Made by a program: the position numbers and the translations under genes
The notes under the pieces: model-generated
Told to the model about the DNA's origin: nothing
The model's database searches: none
Seen by the model: the letters and a program-made list of their open reading frames with translations, nothing else
Shown: piece after piece, positions 42,014 through 53,345 of the stretch
How positions within the stretch are numbered: the first letter of the stretch is position 1
Layout of the letters: the number at the start of each line of letters is the position of its first letter
DNA from: an uncultured delta proteobacterium
GTDB lineage: Bacteria > Myxococcota_A > Polyangia > Palsa-1104
Direction: 5' to 3'
Assembly (NCBI GenBank): GCA_963785725.1
Contig: CAWAWS010000007.1
Coordinates: 768,001 to 832,000 of the forward strand
DNA length: 64,000 nucleotides

Positions 42014-43957
42014 ATGACCCGGCGAGGTGCCGTCATCATGCTTGCGGCGACCCTGGCCTCGGGCTGCGTCCATCGCCAACCGAGCGGGCCGTGGGTGCGG
42101 CGGCTCGTGCTGCACGGCGTTCGCCACGTCGACGAGGCCGATCTGCGCCGCCACCTCGTCACCGAGCAGACGCCCAATTTTCCCGGGTCGCGCCATCGAC
42201 CGTTCGACGCGTTCTCGCTCACCGTCGACGAAGCGCGCATCGAGTCCTATTACCGCGCGCACGGCTTCTTCGACGCCAAGGTCGTCTCCACCGACGTCAA
42301 CCCGTCCGAGAAGAAGGGCGGGCTCAACGTCGAGGTCAACGTCGACGAAGGCGCGGCCACCAAGATCGGCAAGCTCGACACCAAAGGGCTCGATCCCATC
42401 GGCGACGACGCCATCCCCGTCTTCAGCAACCTCGATCTGCGCAAGGGGCAGATCTTCGATCATTCGCGTTATCTGTCGGAAAAGCTGGAGATGCGCGATC
42501 GGCTGAAGTCGCTCGGCTATGCTTGGGCCGACGTCGACGGCGCGGTCGTCGTCGATCGCGATCGTCACATCGCCGACGTGACGCTGACGGCGCGGCCCGG
42601 GCCCAAGGCGATCATTCGCTCGCTCGAGGTCACCGGCGCCTACAACGTCGAGCCGCGGCTCCTGTTGCGTCATTCGCTGCTCAAGCGCGGCGAGCTGTTG
42701 ACCAGCGACGTCATCGAGAACGCGCGCACCAAGCTCTACAACCTCGGCTTCTTGTCGACGGTGCGCATCGACTACAAGCCCGATCCCAACCATCCCGGCG
42801 AGGCCGACGTCGTCGTCGGCGTGACCGAGTCGTCGTTCAACGAATGGCGCTTCGGCGCCGGCATCAGCCTCGAGCTGCAGCGCAGCGAGATCCGCGGTCG
42901 CGCCGAATATCTGCGCCACTATTGGCTCGGTGGCTTGCGCCGTTTACGCGTGCGCGCCGAGCCGGCTTACGTCTTCGTGCCGGCGTTCTGGTCGCCCTTG
43001 CGGCAAGGTCCGGCGGGCACGCTGGAGATGGAGATCACGCAGTTCGACGTCGGCTGGCGCCCCGACGAGTTACGCCTCGCCATCGGTTACGACTTGGGCG
43101 TCGAGTATGCGTTTCAATATCACGGTCCGCGCGCGTCGCTGGGATACGTGCGCAACTTCTTACACGACCGTTTACAAATCGGAATATCGTATAATTTCCA
43201 ATTCTCGTTATTCTTCAATACCGATCCGGCGTTATTGGTCGACCCCGCTTTGTCGGCCAAGGACTATGGCTTCGTCGAGCCTTATCGCGTCGCCTGGCTC
43301 GACGAGTCGGTGACGCTCGATCTGCGCGACAAACCGCTCGACGCCCGCAAAGGCGGCTGGTTTTCGCTGCGCGCCGAGGAGGGCGGCATTTATACCGGCG
43401 GCGATTTCACGTACGAGAAAGTGGTCGCCGAGGTACGTGGTTATTATCCGTTTCTAAAGCGCTTCGTGATCGCGGCGCGTACCGAATACGGACATATTTT
43501 CACGCAAGGTAAGAATGGCTCGCCGATTACGCGGCGCTTTTATTTGGGTGGGCCGGAGTCGCATCGCGGCTTCAACTTCAATCGCCTGTCGGAGCAGATT
43601 CCGTCGGGCATCAAAGGCAATCCGGCGCTGCCGATCGGCGGTGACGAGGAGTTCCTGACGCAGGTGGAGCTGCGCGCGCGGGCCGTGCGGCTGTTCGGCA
43701 GCTGGCTGGAGTTCGCGGCCTTCGTCGACGCCGGCGACGTGGCGGCGCCCAACGGTCTGCCGCACGATCATGTCGACTTGGGCGAGCTTCACGTGGCGAC
43801 CGGCGGCGGCGCGCGCTACAAAACAGCCATTGGTACGATTCGCGTGGATATCGGCGTGCGCCTCAATCGTCTCGGTTACGCCGAGCCGGATGGGCGCATG
43901 AATCCCGACGCGCATCAGCCGGTCACGTTCCATCTGTCGATCGGCGAGCCGTTCTAA
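42014..43957 (+). CDS. tamA: Omp85/TamA-type outer-membrane protein (POTRA domains plus barrel)
   Basis: Lipobox-like ASGC; POTRA-type YYRAHGFF; RFYLGG...RGF, FVDAG, GTIRVDIG; C-terminal IGEPF; TAATG coupling to tamB. Confidence 0.85.
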   Translation: MTRRGAVIMLAATLASGCVHRQPSGPWVRRLVLHGVRHVDEADLRRHLVTEQTPNFPGSRHRPFDAFSLTVDEARIESYYRAHGFFDAKVVSTDVNPSEKKGGLNVEVNVDEGAATKIGKLDTKGLDPIGDDAIPVFSNLDLRKGQIFDHSRYLSEKLEMRDRLKSLGYAWADVDGAVVVDRDRHIADVTLTARPGPKAIIRSLEVTGAYNVEPRLLLRHSLLKRGELLTSDVIENARTKLYNLGFLSTVRIDYKPDPNHPGEADVVVGVTESSFNEWRFGAGISLELQRSEIRGRAEYLRHYWLGGLRRLRVRAEPAYVFVPAFWSPLRQGPAGTLEMEITQFDVGWRPDELRLAIGYDLGVEYAFQYHGPRASLGYVRNFLHDRLQIGISYNFQFSLFFNTDPALLVDPALSAKDYGFVEPYRVAWLDESVTLDLRDKPLDARKGGWFSLRAEEGGIYTGGDFTYEKVVAEVRGYYPFLKRFVIAARTEYGHIFTQGKNGSPITRRFYLGGPESHRGFNFNRLSEQIPSGIKGNPALPIGGDEEFLTQVELRARAVRLFGSWLEFAAFVDAGDVAAPNGLPHDHVDLGELHVATGGGARYKTAIGTIRVDIGVRLNRLGYAEPDGRMNPDAHQPVTFHLSIGEPF

Positions 43958-46900
43958 TGAAGAAGCTGGCGCACATCGGCCTCGGTCTCGCGCGCATCGC
44001 CGCCTGGATTGTCGCGGTGACGACGGCGCTGGCGGTGACGCTCGTGCTCGTCATGTTGACGGCGCCGGGCCGGCGCGCGCTCTTGCGCGTCGGATTGTGG
44101 GCGGCGAACGGCGCGCTGGCCGGCCACGTCAGCGTGCGCGAGCTGCAAGGCAACGTGCTCGATCGGCTCGTGCTCGTCGACGCGCGGCTCGAGGATGCCG
44201 AAGGCCTCGAGATCGTCGACGCGCGGCGCATCGAGGTCGATCTCGACTGGCGAGCGCTCTTTCACCATCGCATCCACGTGCGCGACGTGCGGCTCGACTC
44301 GACGCGCGTGACGCTGCGGCACCTGAATGACAATCGGCTCAACCTGGCGGCGCTGTTGAAGGGCGCGCCCAAGCCGGCGCGGCCGAACAAAGCGGACGAT
44401 CGCAAGCCGTCACGACCGCTGCGGGTGGAAGTCGATCACTTACAAGTTGCAGCTCGATGGCGCCTATCATCCGCCGCGCGGGCACGAGCAGAATCCGCTC
44501 GATTGGCCGCGCGGCACGTTCGACATCGAAGGCGCGCTGACGCTGATCGACGGCGAGACCAAGCTCGACGTGTGGCGGCTCGTGTCCGACGCGCGCGATC
44601 CGCTGCAGGCGCACGTCGAGCTGCGCGGGCAGCTGAAGATTACGCCGCACGCGCTGCCCAACGGCGGCGCGCTCATGACGTTCGGCGACGTCGCGGTGAC
44701 GGTCGAGAGCGACGGACGCGAGATCGCGCGGCTCATGCCGGGCCTGGCGACGCTCGGCCGTTGGCAGGTGCGCGTCGACGGCAGCGGGCCGCTGACGGAT
44801 CTGCACGCGCACGTCGTCATCAGCGCGCCCAAAGGCAATATTACGGCCGAAGGCGGGCTCGGCCTGCTCTATCCCGGCCTGCGTTGGAACGCGATCGTCA
44901 GCGCCGATGGGCTCGATCCGGCGGCGGCGTGGCGCGGCGCGCCGGCCGGGCAGCTGCAGCTGTCACTGCGCGGCAAAGGCGGCCCGAACGAAGCGGGCGG
45001 CGGCGAGCTCATCGTCGAGCGGCTGCGCGCGCGGGCGGCGGGCATCAAGCTCGAGGCGCACGGCCGGAGCGACTTTTTGGGGCACGGCGCGGGCGCATTG
45101 ACGGCGTCGGTCGAATCGCTGGCGCGGCTCCAGTCGCTCGGCGTGCCGGTGACGATCAAGCAGCTCGACGGCGCGCTGGCGCTGCAGGCGACGCTCGGCC
45201 GCGACGCGACGGGCCCGCGCGTCGACGCGACGGCGCGCCTGTCGCGCCTGCAGCTGACGCAGGCGACGGCGCACGTGAAGCTGCAGTCGCTGCTGGCCAA
45301 GGTGTCGTGGGCGGCGAAGAAGCCGGCGACGGTGACGCTCGACGGCCGCGGGCTCGCGGTCGGCAACGTCAAAGACGGCCAGCGCACGCACTTCGACGTG
45401 GCGACGATGGCGCTGGCGCTGCACGGCTTGCCGGCGCAGTTCAGCGGCGAGCTGGCGGCGGCGCTGGCCGACGGTCGGCAGCTGCACACGACGCTCGCCG
45501 GCGGCGTCGCCGGCCGCGCGGCCGATCTGCGCGTCGCCACCGCCACGTTCGATGACCCGCGGCACGGGCGCCATCTCGCGCTGCCGTCGCCGCTGGTCTT
45601 GCACGCGACGGGCGCCATCAACGACTCGAAGCTGACCGCGCGGGCGCTCGGCGCGGCACTGACGGCGCATTCGACGCTCGACAAGGCGGGGCACTTCGCC
45701 AGCCAGTTCACGCTCGAGGTGCCGGACGCCGCGCCCTTCGGCCGCTTGGCCGGCGTCGACGTGGGCGGCCAAGTGCGCGCCGACGGCGTCGTTCGCGTCG
45801 GCGACGCGCTGCAGCTCGACGTCGACGTCGCCGGCGACGCGCTGCACGCGCCCGGCGCCGCCGTCGCCAAGCTGCGGGCGCACTTGTCGTCGGTGGATCT
45901 GCGCGGCCAGGCGCGCGTCGAGCTGTCGGGCGTGGCGGCGGGCGCGCGCCAGCTGGCGACGCTGACGCTGCACGCCGACGGCACGGTCGACCACATGCAG
46001 GTCGACGTCGACGGCGTGGCGCCCGACGGCGCGATCCGGCTGCGCGCGCAAGTCGACGGCCGCTGGAAGACGCACGGCCTGCACGTCGATCACGCCGACT
46101 TGGCCGTGCGCACGCTCGACCTCGATCTGCCGCGGCAGGCGTGGAAGCTGGTGCGCCAGGCGCGCCTCGTCGTCGACGCCAATGGCAACGACGACGACGC
46201 GGTCTTGACCGGGCTGCAGCTGCGTTCGGGCGTGGGCGAGGTCGATCTCGACGGCAGCTGGCGCCACCACGCGCTCGACGCCACGATCTCGCTGCACGAC
46301 GGTGACCTCGTGGAGCTGGCGCGCGTCGCCGGCCAGCCGGGGCTGCTGCCGCCGGCGCGCTGGAGCGGCAAGCTGCACGTGGCCGGCACCGTCGCCGCGC
46401 CGCTCATCGACGCGCAGCTGGAGGCGCGCGCCGCCGACACCGTGGTCTGGTACGGCGTCGCCTTCAACGTCTTGTCGCTCACGGCTTATGCCGATTCGAC
46501 GCACGTGCAGCTGCACGCCGACGCGCACGGCCGCAACGGCAGCCGCATCACCATCGACGCCCGCGGCACGCCGCGCAAAGACGGCGATCGCTTCGTCGCG
46601 CTCGCCGCCAGCATCGAGAAGCTGCGCATCTCCGCGCACGGTCGCACCTGGGACGTCGTCGAGCCGTGCGCTCTCGACATCGGCTCCGCCAGCCGCATCG
46701 CCATCGATCACTGCCGCATCGGCTCCGGCCGCGCCGAGATCGGCATCAAAGGCTCGGCGCCGCTGTCGCCCGCGGCGGCGCCGGGCATCGACATGACGCT
46801 CTTTACGCGCCACTTGAACCTGCGCGACTTGGGCGACTTGGCGGCGCCCGGCCACAAGCAGCTGCCGCGCACCGACTTCGACATGCAGGCGCAAGTGACG

Positions 46901-49468
46901 GGCACGATGAAGGCGCCGATCATCGACTTCGCCGGCAGCGGCAAAGGCGCGCAGGTCGACGAAGGCATCCCCGAGAACGTCAACTACAACGTGCGCGCGC
47001 GCTACGAAGCCAAGCGCGTGCACGGCTCGGCGTCGGCGCGCCAGGTCGGCCTCACCCTCGGCGTCGGCGCGCGCTTCGACCTGCCCATCACGCTCGACGG
47101 CCCCGACCAGCCGATCTCGCTCGAGCTGGAGGCGCGACCGGTGCCGTTCTTCAAGATTCGCGACTCGCTGCCGCCGGCCATCGCCAACGTCAAAGGCTTC
47201 TTCACGCTGCGGCTGTCGGCCAAAGGGACGACGCATCATCCGCAGCTGCGCGGCGAAATTCACGTACCGTCGTGGCAGCTCGACAACTTGAAGGACAACG
47301 ACACCGTCGTCGATTTCGTCTACGACGGCGGCTGGCTCAAGGTCAACTCCGAGACGTCGTTCAACGCCACCAGCCTCGTCGGCGCCATCTTGCGCATTCA
47401 GCCGCAGCGCAACTCGGGCACGGTGAGCCTGGAGTTGCGCGCGCCGCTCGACCTGTACGCGCTCGTGACGTCGCCGCATCAGGCCATTCACGCGCTCGTG
47501 CACGACGCGCCGCTGACGGCTTCGGCCCAGCTGCGCCGGCTCGATCTGACGAAGGTGCCGCTGCAGACGATCGGCATCGCGGCGCCGCTCAACGGCACCT
47601 TCGACGGCTCGATCCGCCTCGAAGGCACGCTCCATCGCCCGCGCTTCAACGCCGAGATGAAGGCCAAAGGGTTGACGCGCGTCGGCTCTTTCGATCACGC
47701 CGACCTCGAGGCGTCGCTGCAGCTCGCGGAGGGTCGGCTGCACATGGGCGGCGGCGCGATCTTGCGCGGCGGCCAGCTGGCGACGTTCCAAGGCGAGGCC
47801 GAGCTCGACGGCCAGCGCTTCGTCGACGGCGAGGATTGGCAGCGCGGCAAGCTCGCCATCGACTTCGGCGTGCCCGGCTACGGGCTCAGCCGGCTGCAAG
47901 ATCTGCAGCCGCGGCTGCATGCGATCGAAGGCTGGCTGCACGGCGCCGGCACCGTGCGCGGCACGTGGGGCGCGCCCGACGTGAAGCTCGCCGGCCAAAT
48001 CGACAAGCTGATGTTAGCCGGCACGCGCTTCGTCAGCGTCGACGGCACTGCGCGCTATCAGGCGCGCCGCTGGCGCTTCTCCGTCGGCGCCGATGCCGCG
48101 TCCGGCCAAGGTCAGCTGCGCGCGAGCGGCACGGTCGCGGCCGACGACACCGCGCCGCTCGACGTGCACGTCGACGCCAACGATCTCGACGTGCGCTTCT
48201 TGGCCGCGACCTGGGAGCAGATCGGCGAGATCGGCGGCAAGCTGCAGGCGCACGTCGCCATCGCCGGCACGCGCGCCGATCCGATTCCGTCGGGCACGCT
48301 CAAGCTGACCGACGGTCGCTTCGCGTTCCGCCGCGATCCGCGGCATTACCAAGGCGCGCTGGCGCTGCGCATCGACGGCGACGCCGCGACGTTGACCGAG
48401 CTGACCCTCCGCGGCAGCGACGGCGGCTCGCTCGACGCGTTGGGCCGCGCGCAGCTCGCCGGCCTCAAGCCCACCGAGCTGACGTTGAACGCGCACGCGC
48501 ACAAGTTCACCGTCGGCATGGGCTCGGCTTCGACGCAGCTCGACGCCGACTTCACGCTCGCCGGCGACCGCTCCGACAACCGCTTCCACGGCCGCCTCGA
48601 CATCCATCGCGGCACCATCGTGTTGCCCGAGCTGCCCGGCGGCGACAGCGCGTTGCCGATGGGCGAGCTGGCCGACGTCAGCTACCACGACGCGCGCGCC
48701 CAAAAATCCGCCATGCAGCGGCAGACCGGACAAGGCGCGTTCATCGTCACCAAGATCGAAGGCCCGCTGCAGTTGCGCGGTCGCGAGACCGACTTCGATC
48801 TCGTCGGCGAGCTCGGCGTCACCGTCGCCGGCGGCGCGCTCGGCCTCGAGGGCGTCGTCGAGTCGACGCGCGGCTCGGTCGAGCTGCTCGGCCACCGCTA
48901 CGTCGTCGAGCGCGGCCAGCTGGCGTTCGCGGGCGCCGCCAACGATCCCGAGCTGCACCTGCGCGCCACGCGTCGCATCGGCGCGGTCACGATCGTCGTC
49001 ATCATCGAGGGCACGGCGCAGCATCCCGACGTGCGTCTCTCGTCGGATCCGCCGGTCTACGATCAGACGCAGCTCGTGAGCCTCGTGCTCGCCGGTCGTC
49101 CCGGTCAAGATCGCGTGGCCATCGGCGAGCTCAATCGGCAGATCACCGGGCTCTTGTCGGCGGTCGTCATCCAAAAGATCGAGCAGCAAGTGGCGCCGAC
49201 CTTGCCAATCGACGTCGTGCGGCCGCTCGATCAGCAGAGCTACGCCGAGCTGTCGCAGTCGCCGCTGGAAGTCGGCCGCTACGTGACCGATCGCATCTAC
49301 GTCAGCTACGAGCACCGCTTCGGCTCGCGCATGGGCCGCTCGGAGGCCAACGCCAACGAGGCGCGCGCCGAATACAAGCTCGGCTCCAAAGGCCACTGGC
49401 AGCTCGACACCACGTTCGGCGACGGCGGCGTCGGCGGCATCTACGTCTTCTGGAGCACCAAACGCTGA
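43957..49468 (+). CDS. tamB: TamB/DUF490 translocation-and-assembly protein; one frameshift near 44447
   Basis: N-terminal TM, a long beta-taco-like region, and a C-terminal DUF490 (LSSDPP, VGRYVTDRIYVSY, AEYKL). Confidence 0.85.
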
Positions 49469-49469
49469 C

Positions 49470-49916
49470 TCAGAGAGGCCGCTTGGAGTAGCCGAGCCGC
49501 GTCCACGTCGTGAAGCCGGCGCGTTCGTAGACGGCGCGTGCGACCTCGTTCTCGCGGCGCACCTGCAGATGCATCGCGTGCGCGCCCGCGGCTTTGGCGA
49601 TGGCGACCGCCGCGTCGAGCAGCCGGTGCCCATTGCCGCTCGCGCGCGCCGACGCCACGAGGTACAGCTCGGTCAGCCAGGCGTCGCGCCCGCCATATTC
49701 GAGGTCGTAGCCGAACGTCACGAGCGCATAGCCAATCGTCGCGCCCGCCGCTTCGCCGATGACGAGGCGCCCCAAGTGATTGTCGGCCGCCAGCACCGGC
49801 ATCATCGCCGCCTTCATCGTGTCGCGCGCGAACGGGATCGCCTCGATGCGATTGAAGTCTTCCATCAGGTCGAGCAGCTGCTCGGCGTCTTCCGCGACCG
49901 CGATGCGCGCGTTCAT
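49470..49916 (-). CDS. GNAT family N-acetyltransferase
   Basis: LTELYLVASARASGNG, NEVARAVYERAGF. Confidence 0.85.
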   Translation of the reverse strand: MNARIAVAEDAEQLLDLMEDFNRIEAIPFARDTMKAAMMPVLAADNHLGRLVIGEAAGATIGYALVTFGYDLEYGGRDAWLTELYLVASARASGNGHRLLDAAVAIAKAAGAHAMHLQVRRENEVARAVYERAGFTTWTRLGYSKRPL

Positions 49917-50110
49917 GGCCACGATTATACGGCGGTCTAGCGGTTCGCCGGGTCGATTGGCGCGGCCGCTTTGCAGGCGAAGCCCATCACCACCGGCCCG
50001 TCGCGCGTGTCGGTCGGCGTCGGTCGCCAGCCGCGCGCCAGCCGCTCGGCGAGCAGCGAATCGGCCGTCGGCCGCGAGCCCTGCACGGCGACCGCCGTGA
50101 TCGCGCCCAG

Positions 50111-50284
50111 TCAGGTCGTGTCGTAGACGAGAAAATGCGCGCCCGCCGCGATGACGACGTCGTGCGTGTACTCGTCCTGCGTGATCACTTCGAGCAGCGC
50201 AAACCCCAGCGCGCCGCAAGCTTGGATGGCGTCGCCGAGCGTCTCGTGGTGGCGGGCGATCGCGAGCAGCGCGTCGGGCGTCAT
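50111..50284 (-). CDS. Small hypothetical protein (57 aa)
   Basis: EVITQDEYTHDVV...LVYDTT looks like a conserved small family; good codon bias. Confidence 0.55.
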   Translation of the reverse strand: MTPDALLAIARHHETLGDAIQACGALGFALLEVITQDEYTHDVVIAAGAHFLVYDTT

Positions 50285-50331
50285 GCTCGATGAAACGCGC
50301 GCACGCGCACGAACCTTCCGCGTGTGCGCTA

Positions 50332-50493
50332 AGTACCTCGCCACAGTGATTTTGATGGGTGCCCGGCGAGGATTCGGCGTTCAGGGCGAGGCGCGACGAC
50401 GAAGGAATACTGTCTGTATTTCGAGAAGGAGCAACGAAGTCATGGACGTCGAAGACCGGCGCGGACCGGTCGAAATCACTGTGGCGAGGTACT
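50332..50493. mobile_element. MITE-like element, 162 bp
   Basis: Perfect 21-bp terminal inverted repeat AGTACCTCGCCACAGTGATTT (23 of 24 matches if extended); internal hairpin; no transposase. Confidence 0.75.
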
Positions 50494-50508
50494 AGGCCAC
50501 GCGTCCCG

Positions 50509-51369
50509 CTACCAGGCGCCGCTGAACGCGCGCGTGCTGCCGACCGGTGACAAGCTGACGCGCTGCTGCCGGCCGGCGCGCGCCGCCTTCCACGCGAAGA
50601 TGCCCGCCGCCACGCCGAAGACCGGCAAGCCGATGGCGCCGAGGATGATGCCGGTGGTGCCGCTGATCTTCCTGTTGCAGATGTCGCCGGCGGGCAGGTC
50701 GCTGCAGTCATGCTTGCCGTCGAAGCCCGCCGACACGCCGAGCGTGATCGCCGATGCCACCGCGATGCCCGCCGAGGCGCCCGCGAGGCCGATCCACAGC
50801 GCGCGATTGCGCGGCGATTCCGTGACGATCGGCGGCGCCGGCGTCGGCGTCGCGACCGGCGTGGGCGTCGCCGCCGCGGTCGGCTCGAGCTGCATGCGCA
50901 GGGCGGCGGCGGCGTTGGAGAGCCCGTCGTTCACCTCTTTCATCGTGCACACGTCGCAGTTGTCCTTGGCGCTGGCGGCGACTTTGCCGTCGGACAGATC
51001 GATCAGCGACAGATCGGAGACGACGTGCGTGTTGCCGAGCACTTCGACCGAGACTTTGAGGACGCGACGGGCCAAGACCAGCTCGCCGATGCGGCGCATG
51101 CACGACAGCGTGTCGCAGCCGGCCAGGCCGCCGGCGGCCACGGCCTTCTCGACCTCGGCGTCGGGCACGACCTCGAAGCCGGCGGCGCCGAGGCCGCCGC
51201 GCAGGCTGGCGCGCAGCTTCTGCTGCGCCTCCTCGCCGAGCGGCTGACCGGAGACGGTGAAGACGGCGACGGCGACGCGCTCGGCGGTTGCGGCAGCGGG
51301 CGCGGCTGCGACGGCGCGGCTGCTGATGAAAAGGAGCGCAGCGGCGACGAGGCAGGCGAGGGCTCTCAC
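50509..51369 (-). CDS. Secreted/membrane hypothetical protein
   Basis: Signal peptide; alpha/beta domain (GCDTLSCMRRIG); Pro/Thr linker; two C-terminal TM helices. Confidence 0.6.
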   Translation of the reverse strand: MRALACLVAAALLFISSRAVAAAPAAATAERVAVAVFTVSGQPLGEEAQQKLRASLRGGLGAAGFEVVPDAEVEKAVAAGGLAGCDTLSCMRRIGELVLARRVLKVSVEVLGNTHVVSDLSLIDLSDGKVAASAKDNCDVCTMKEVNDGLSNAAAALRMQLEPTAAATPTPVATPTPAPPIVTESPRNRALWIGLAGASAGIAVASAITLGVSAGFDGKHDCSDLPAGDICNRKISGTTGIILGAIGLPVFGVAAGIFAWKAARAGRQQRVSLSPVGSTRAFSGAW

Positions 51370-51760
51370 GGGAGCACGATATCGTCGGTGTCGGGCAGTG
51401 TCAAAAGTCGCTCCGATAAAACGGGCGCGCGCTCGGACAGTCCTCGCCTTACAGGCTGCGGGAGACAACTCGCGCGCGCCCATTTTATCTCCGCTCTGGC
51501 TGCGGCATCGGAAAGTCGCGACGGCTCAAGGCAGACAGCGCGCGCGCCGTTGGCCGGGCGGATCGACTTGGGCGCCGGCTGTTTTTAGCTGGGATCGTTG
51601 CCGAAGCATTGGGTATTGTTTGGAAAAATGCCGAGGATCGTCATGCCTTCGCGCGTGGGGATCTTCCCAGGTGAAGGCGATGTTGCGTGCTCGACCGGCA
51701 CGCCTGAGCGCCGCGGGATCTTGGGATTTGAAGAAGACGCGCGGACGATAGCAGATCAGG

Positions 51761-52153
51761 TCACTTGATGGCGAACGTGAGGCTGACGCCGAGGCCGTGA
51801 CACAGAAGTGGGGTTGCGCGCATCGAACGAATAGGAGAGGCCGCTTCCTGAAAGTCTTTGCCGGGCTGCATGAAGCGCAGCACCGACGAGGAGAGGCGTT
51901 CGTAGGTGACGTCGGCGGCGCGATCGGCCGCCGGCGAGCCGACGAGCGATGCGTGCGTCAACGACTGCGGCTCGACGGTGCCATGCGTCGCACTTTTGAC
52001 CGTAGAAACGGAACTCGCCTTCCACTCGATGGAGCGGGAAAAGCCAACCGTCGGGAAGAGGGAACGGGCGGCACCGTGCGCTTGTGCCTGCGCCGAGCCA
52101 GCCGCCAGCAGCAGGGTGGTCAGGAGAGCCAAGCTGCTAATGAGCGCGCACAT
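51761..52153 (-). CDS. Secreted hypothetical protein
   Basis: GAGG RBS; signal peptide; C-terminal alternating strand GVSLTF. Confidence 0.45.
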   Translation of the reverse strand: MCALISSLALLTTLLLAAGSAQAQAHGAARSLFPTVGFSRSIEWKASSVSTVKSATHGTVEPQSLTHASLVGSPAADRAADVTYERLSSSVLRFMQPGKDFQEAASPIRSMRATPLLCHGLGVSLTFAIK

Positions 52154-52242
52154 GCTTGCCTCTTGATGATTGCACCGGGTGTGCCGCATGCATAGATGCG
52201 ATGTGAGGAGACTCCCTCACGACAGGCGGGTGTGACACCTAC

Positions 52243-52521
52243 ATGTTCGGATTGATTCGCAGAAGAGCCAAGGCGGCGCTCGAACGGACGGATGAGCCGA
52301 ACCCGGCGGTCGCGCTGGCGGTTGGGCTCGTCTGGGTATTTCGGACCGCAGCTGGGTCCAAGATGATGCAGGAGCTGGAGACTGCAGTCCGCAAATACTC
52401 GGCGGACCCCCAGGCGCTATGGAAGCTCGTGTCGGAGGGTGAAGCAGCCGAAACCGACCGCGGCGACGTCATCGACACGACGCTGGTCGAGAACAAAGAG
52501 CTGCCGCCGCAGCGGAAGTAG
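52243..52521 (+). CDS. Small hypothetical protein
   Basis: 92-aa ORF with one hydrophobic segment. Confidence 0.45.
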   Translation: MFGLIRRRAKAALERTDEPNPAVALAVGLVWVFRTAAGSKMMQELETAVRKYSADPQALWKLVSEGEAAETDRGDVIDTTLVENKELPPQRK

Positions 52522-52523
52522 CC

Positions 52524-52556
52524 ACCGATTTTCGGAGCGTAGACCGATTTTCGGAG
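52524..52556. promoter_or_regulatory. Two 14-bp direct repeats, each a CCGA-N3-TCGG palindrome (candidate operator)
   Basis: ACCGATTTTCGGAG at 52524-52537 and 52543-52556, directly upstream of the DUF4846 gene. Confidence 0.4.
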
Positions 52557-52569
52557 AGCGCGCGTAACA

Positions 52570-53313
52570 ATGGGAATGCGCGCGTTTGTCCTGCTGCTCG
52601 TCGCTTACGCCTTTCCGCACGCGCGCGACGCCGAGTCGTTGGCCGCGCGCTTCCCAGCGCCGGCGGGCGCGCATCGCGTCACCGTCGCCGCCGGCGGCTT
52701 CGGCGACTTCTTGCGCCGGCTGCCGCTGTTGCCGCGCGGCGCGCCGGTGAAGCTGTGGAACGGCGCGCTCAAGTCGCGTCAGGACGTGCACGCGGCGGTG
52801 ATCGATCTCGACGTGCCGCCGCGCGATCTGCAGCAATGCGCCGATACGATCATGCGGCTGTGGGCGGAATATCGCTTCGGCAAAGGGCAGTCGATCGCGT
52901 TCCATCCCGATCCCGGTAAGCCGCAGGCGCTGACGTTTCGCGGGCACGATCGCGTGGCGTTCATGCGCTGGATGATCCGCGTCTTCGCCGAGGCGGGCTC
53001 GATGTCGCTGATGTCCGAGCTGCAGGCGATCGCGGGCGGCGTGCAGCCGGGCGACGTGCTCATTCAGGGCGGCTATCCCGGCCACGCCGTCATCGTGCTC
53101 GACGTCGCCGTCAGCGACGACGGCAAGCGGCGCTGGCTCATGCTCGGCCAGAGCTACATGCCGGCGCAGCAGCTGCACGTGCTCGTCGACGAGCAGTCGC
53201 CGGCGACGAGCCCGTGGTACGACGCCGCGGCGCTGACGTCGGTGGCCGGGCTGAAGACGCCCGAGTGGCGCCCGTTCTTCGCCCGCGACGTCCGCCGCTT
53301 TGTGGATGATTGA
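52570..53313 (+). CDS. DUF4846 domain protein
   Basis: LQQCADTIMRLWAEY, PGDVLIQGGYPGHAVIVLD, QSYMPAQ. Confidence 0.82.
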   Translation: MGMRAFVLLLVAYAFPHARDAESLAARFPAPAGAHRVTVAAGGFGDFLRRLPLLPRGAPVKLWNGALKSRQDVHAAVIDLDVPPRDLQQCADTIMRLWAEYRFGKGQSIAFHPDPGKPQALTFRGHDRVAFMRWMIRVFAEAGSMSLMSELQAIAGGVQPGDVLIQGGYPGHAVIVLDVAVSDDGKRRWLMLGQSYMPAQQLHVLVDEQSPATSPWYDAAALTSVAGLKTPEWRPFFARDVRRFVDD

Positions 53314-53345
53314 ATCGGCTGCAGCGGCGCGACGGCCGCGGTCGG

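Noticed and set aside
44400..44460. Programmed frameshift in tamB (also rhomboid and the HEAT lipoprotein)
   Set aside because: No slippery heptamer or homopolymer run is evident, and indel errors are common in this window.
44963..47998. Long antisense and alternative-frame ORFs (e.g. this 1011-aa ORF, 58754-61408, 39100-41685, 28403-30385)
   Set aside because: Arg/Ala-rich shadow ORFs are expected at high GC, and they overlap well-supported genes.
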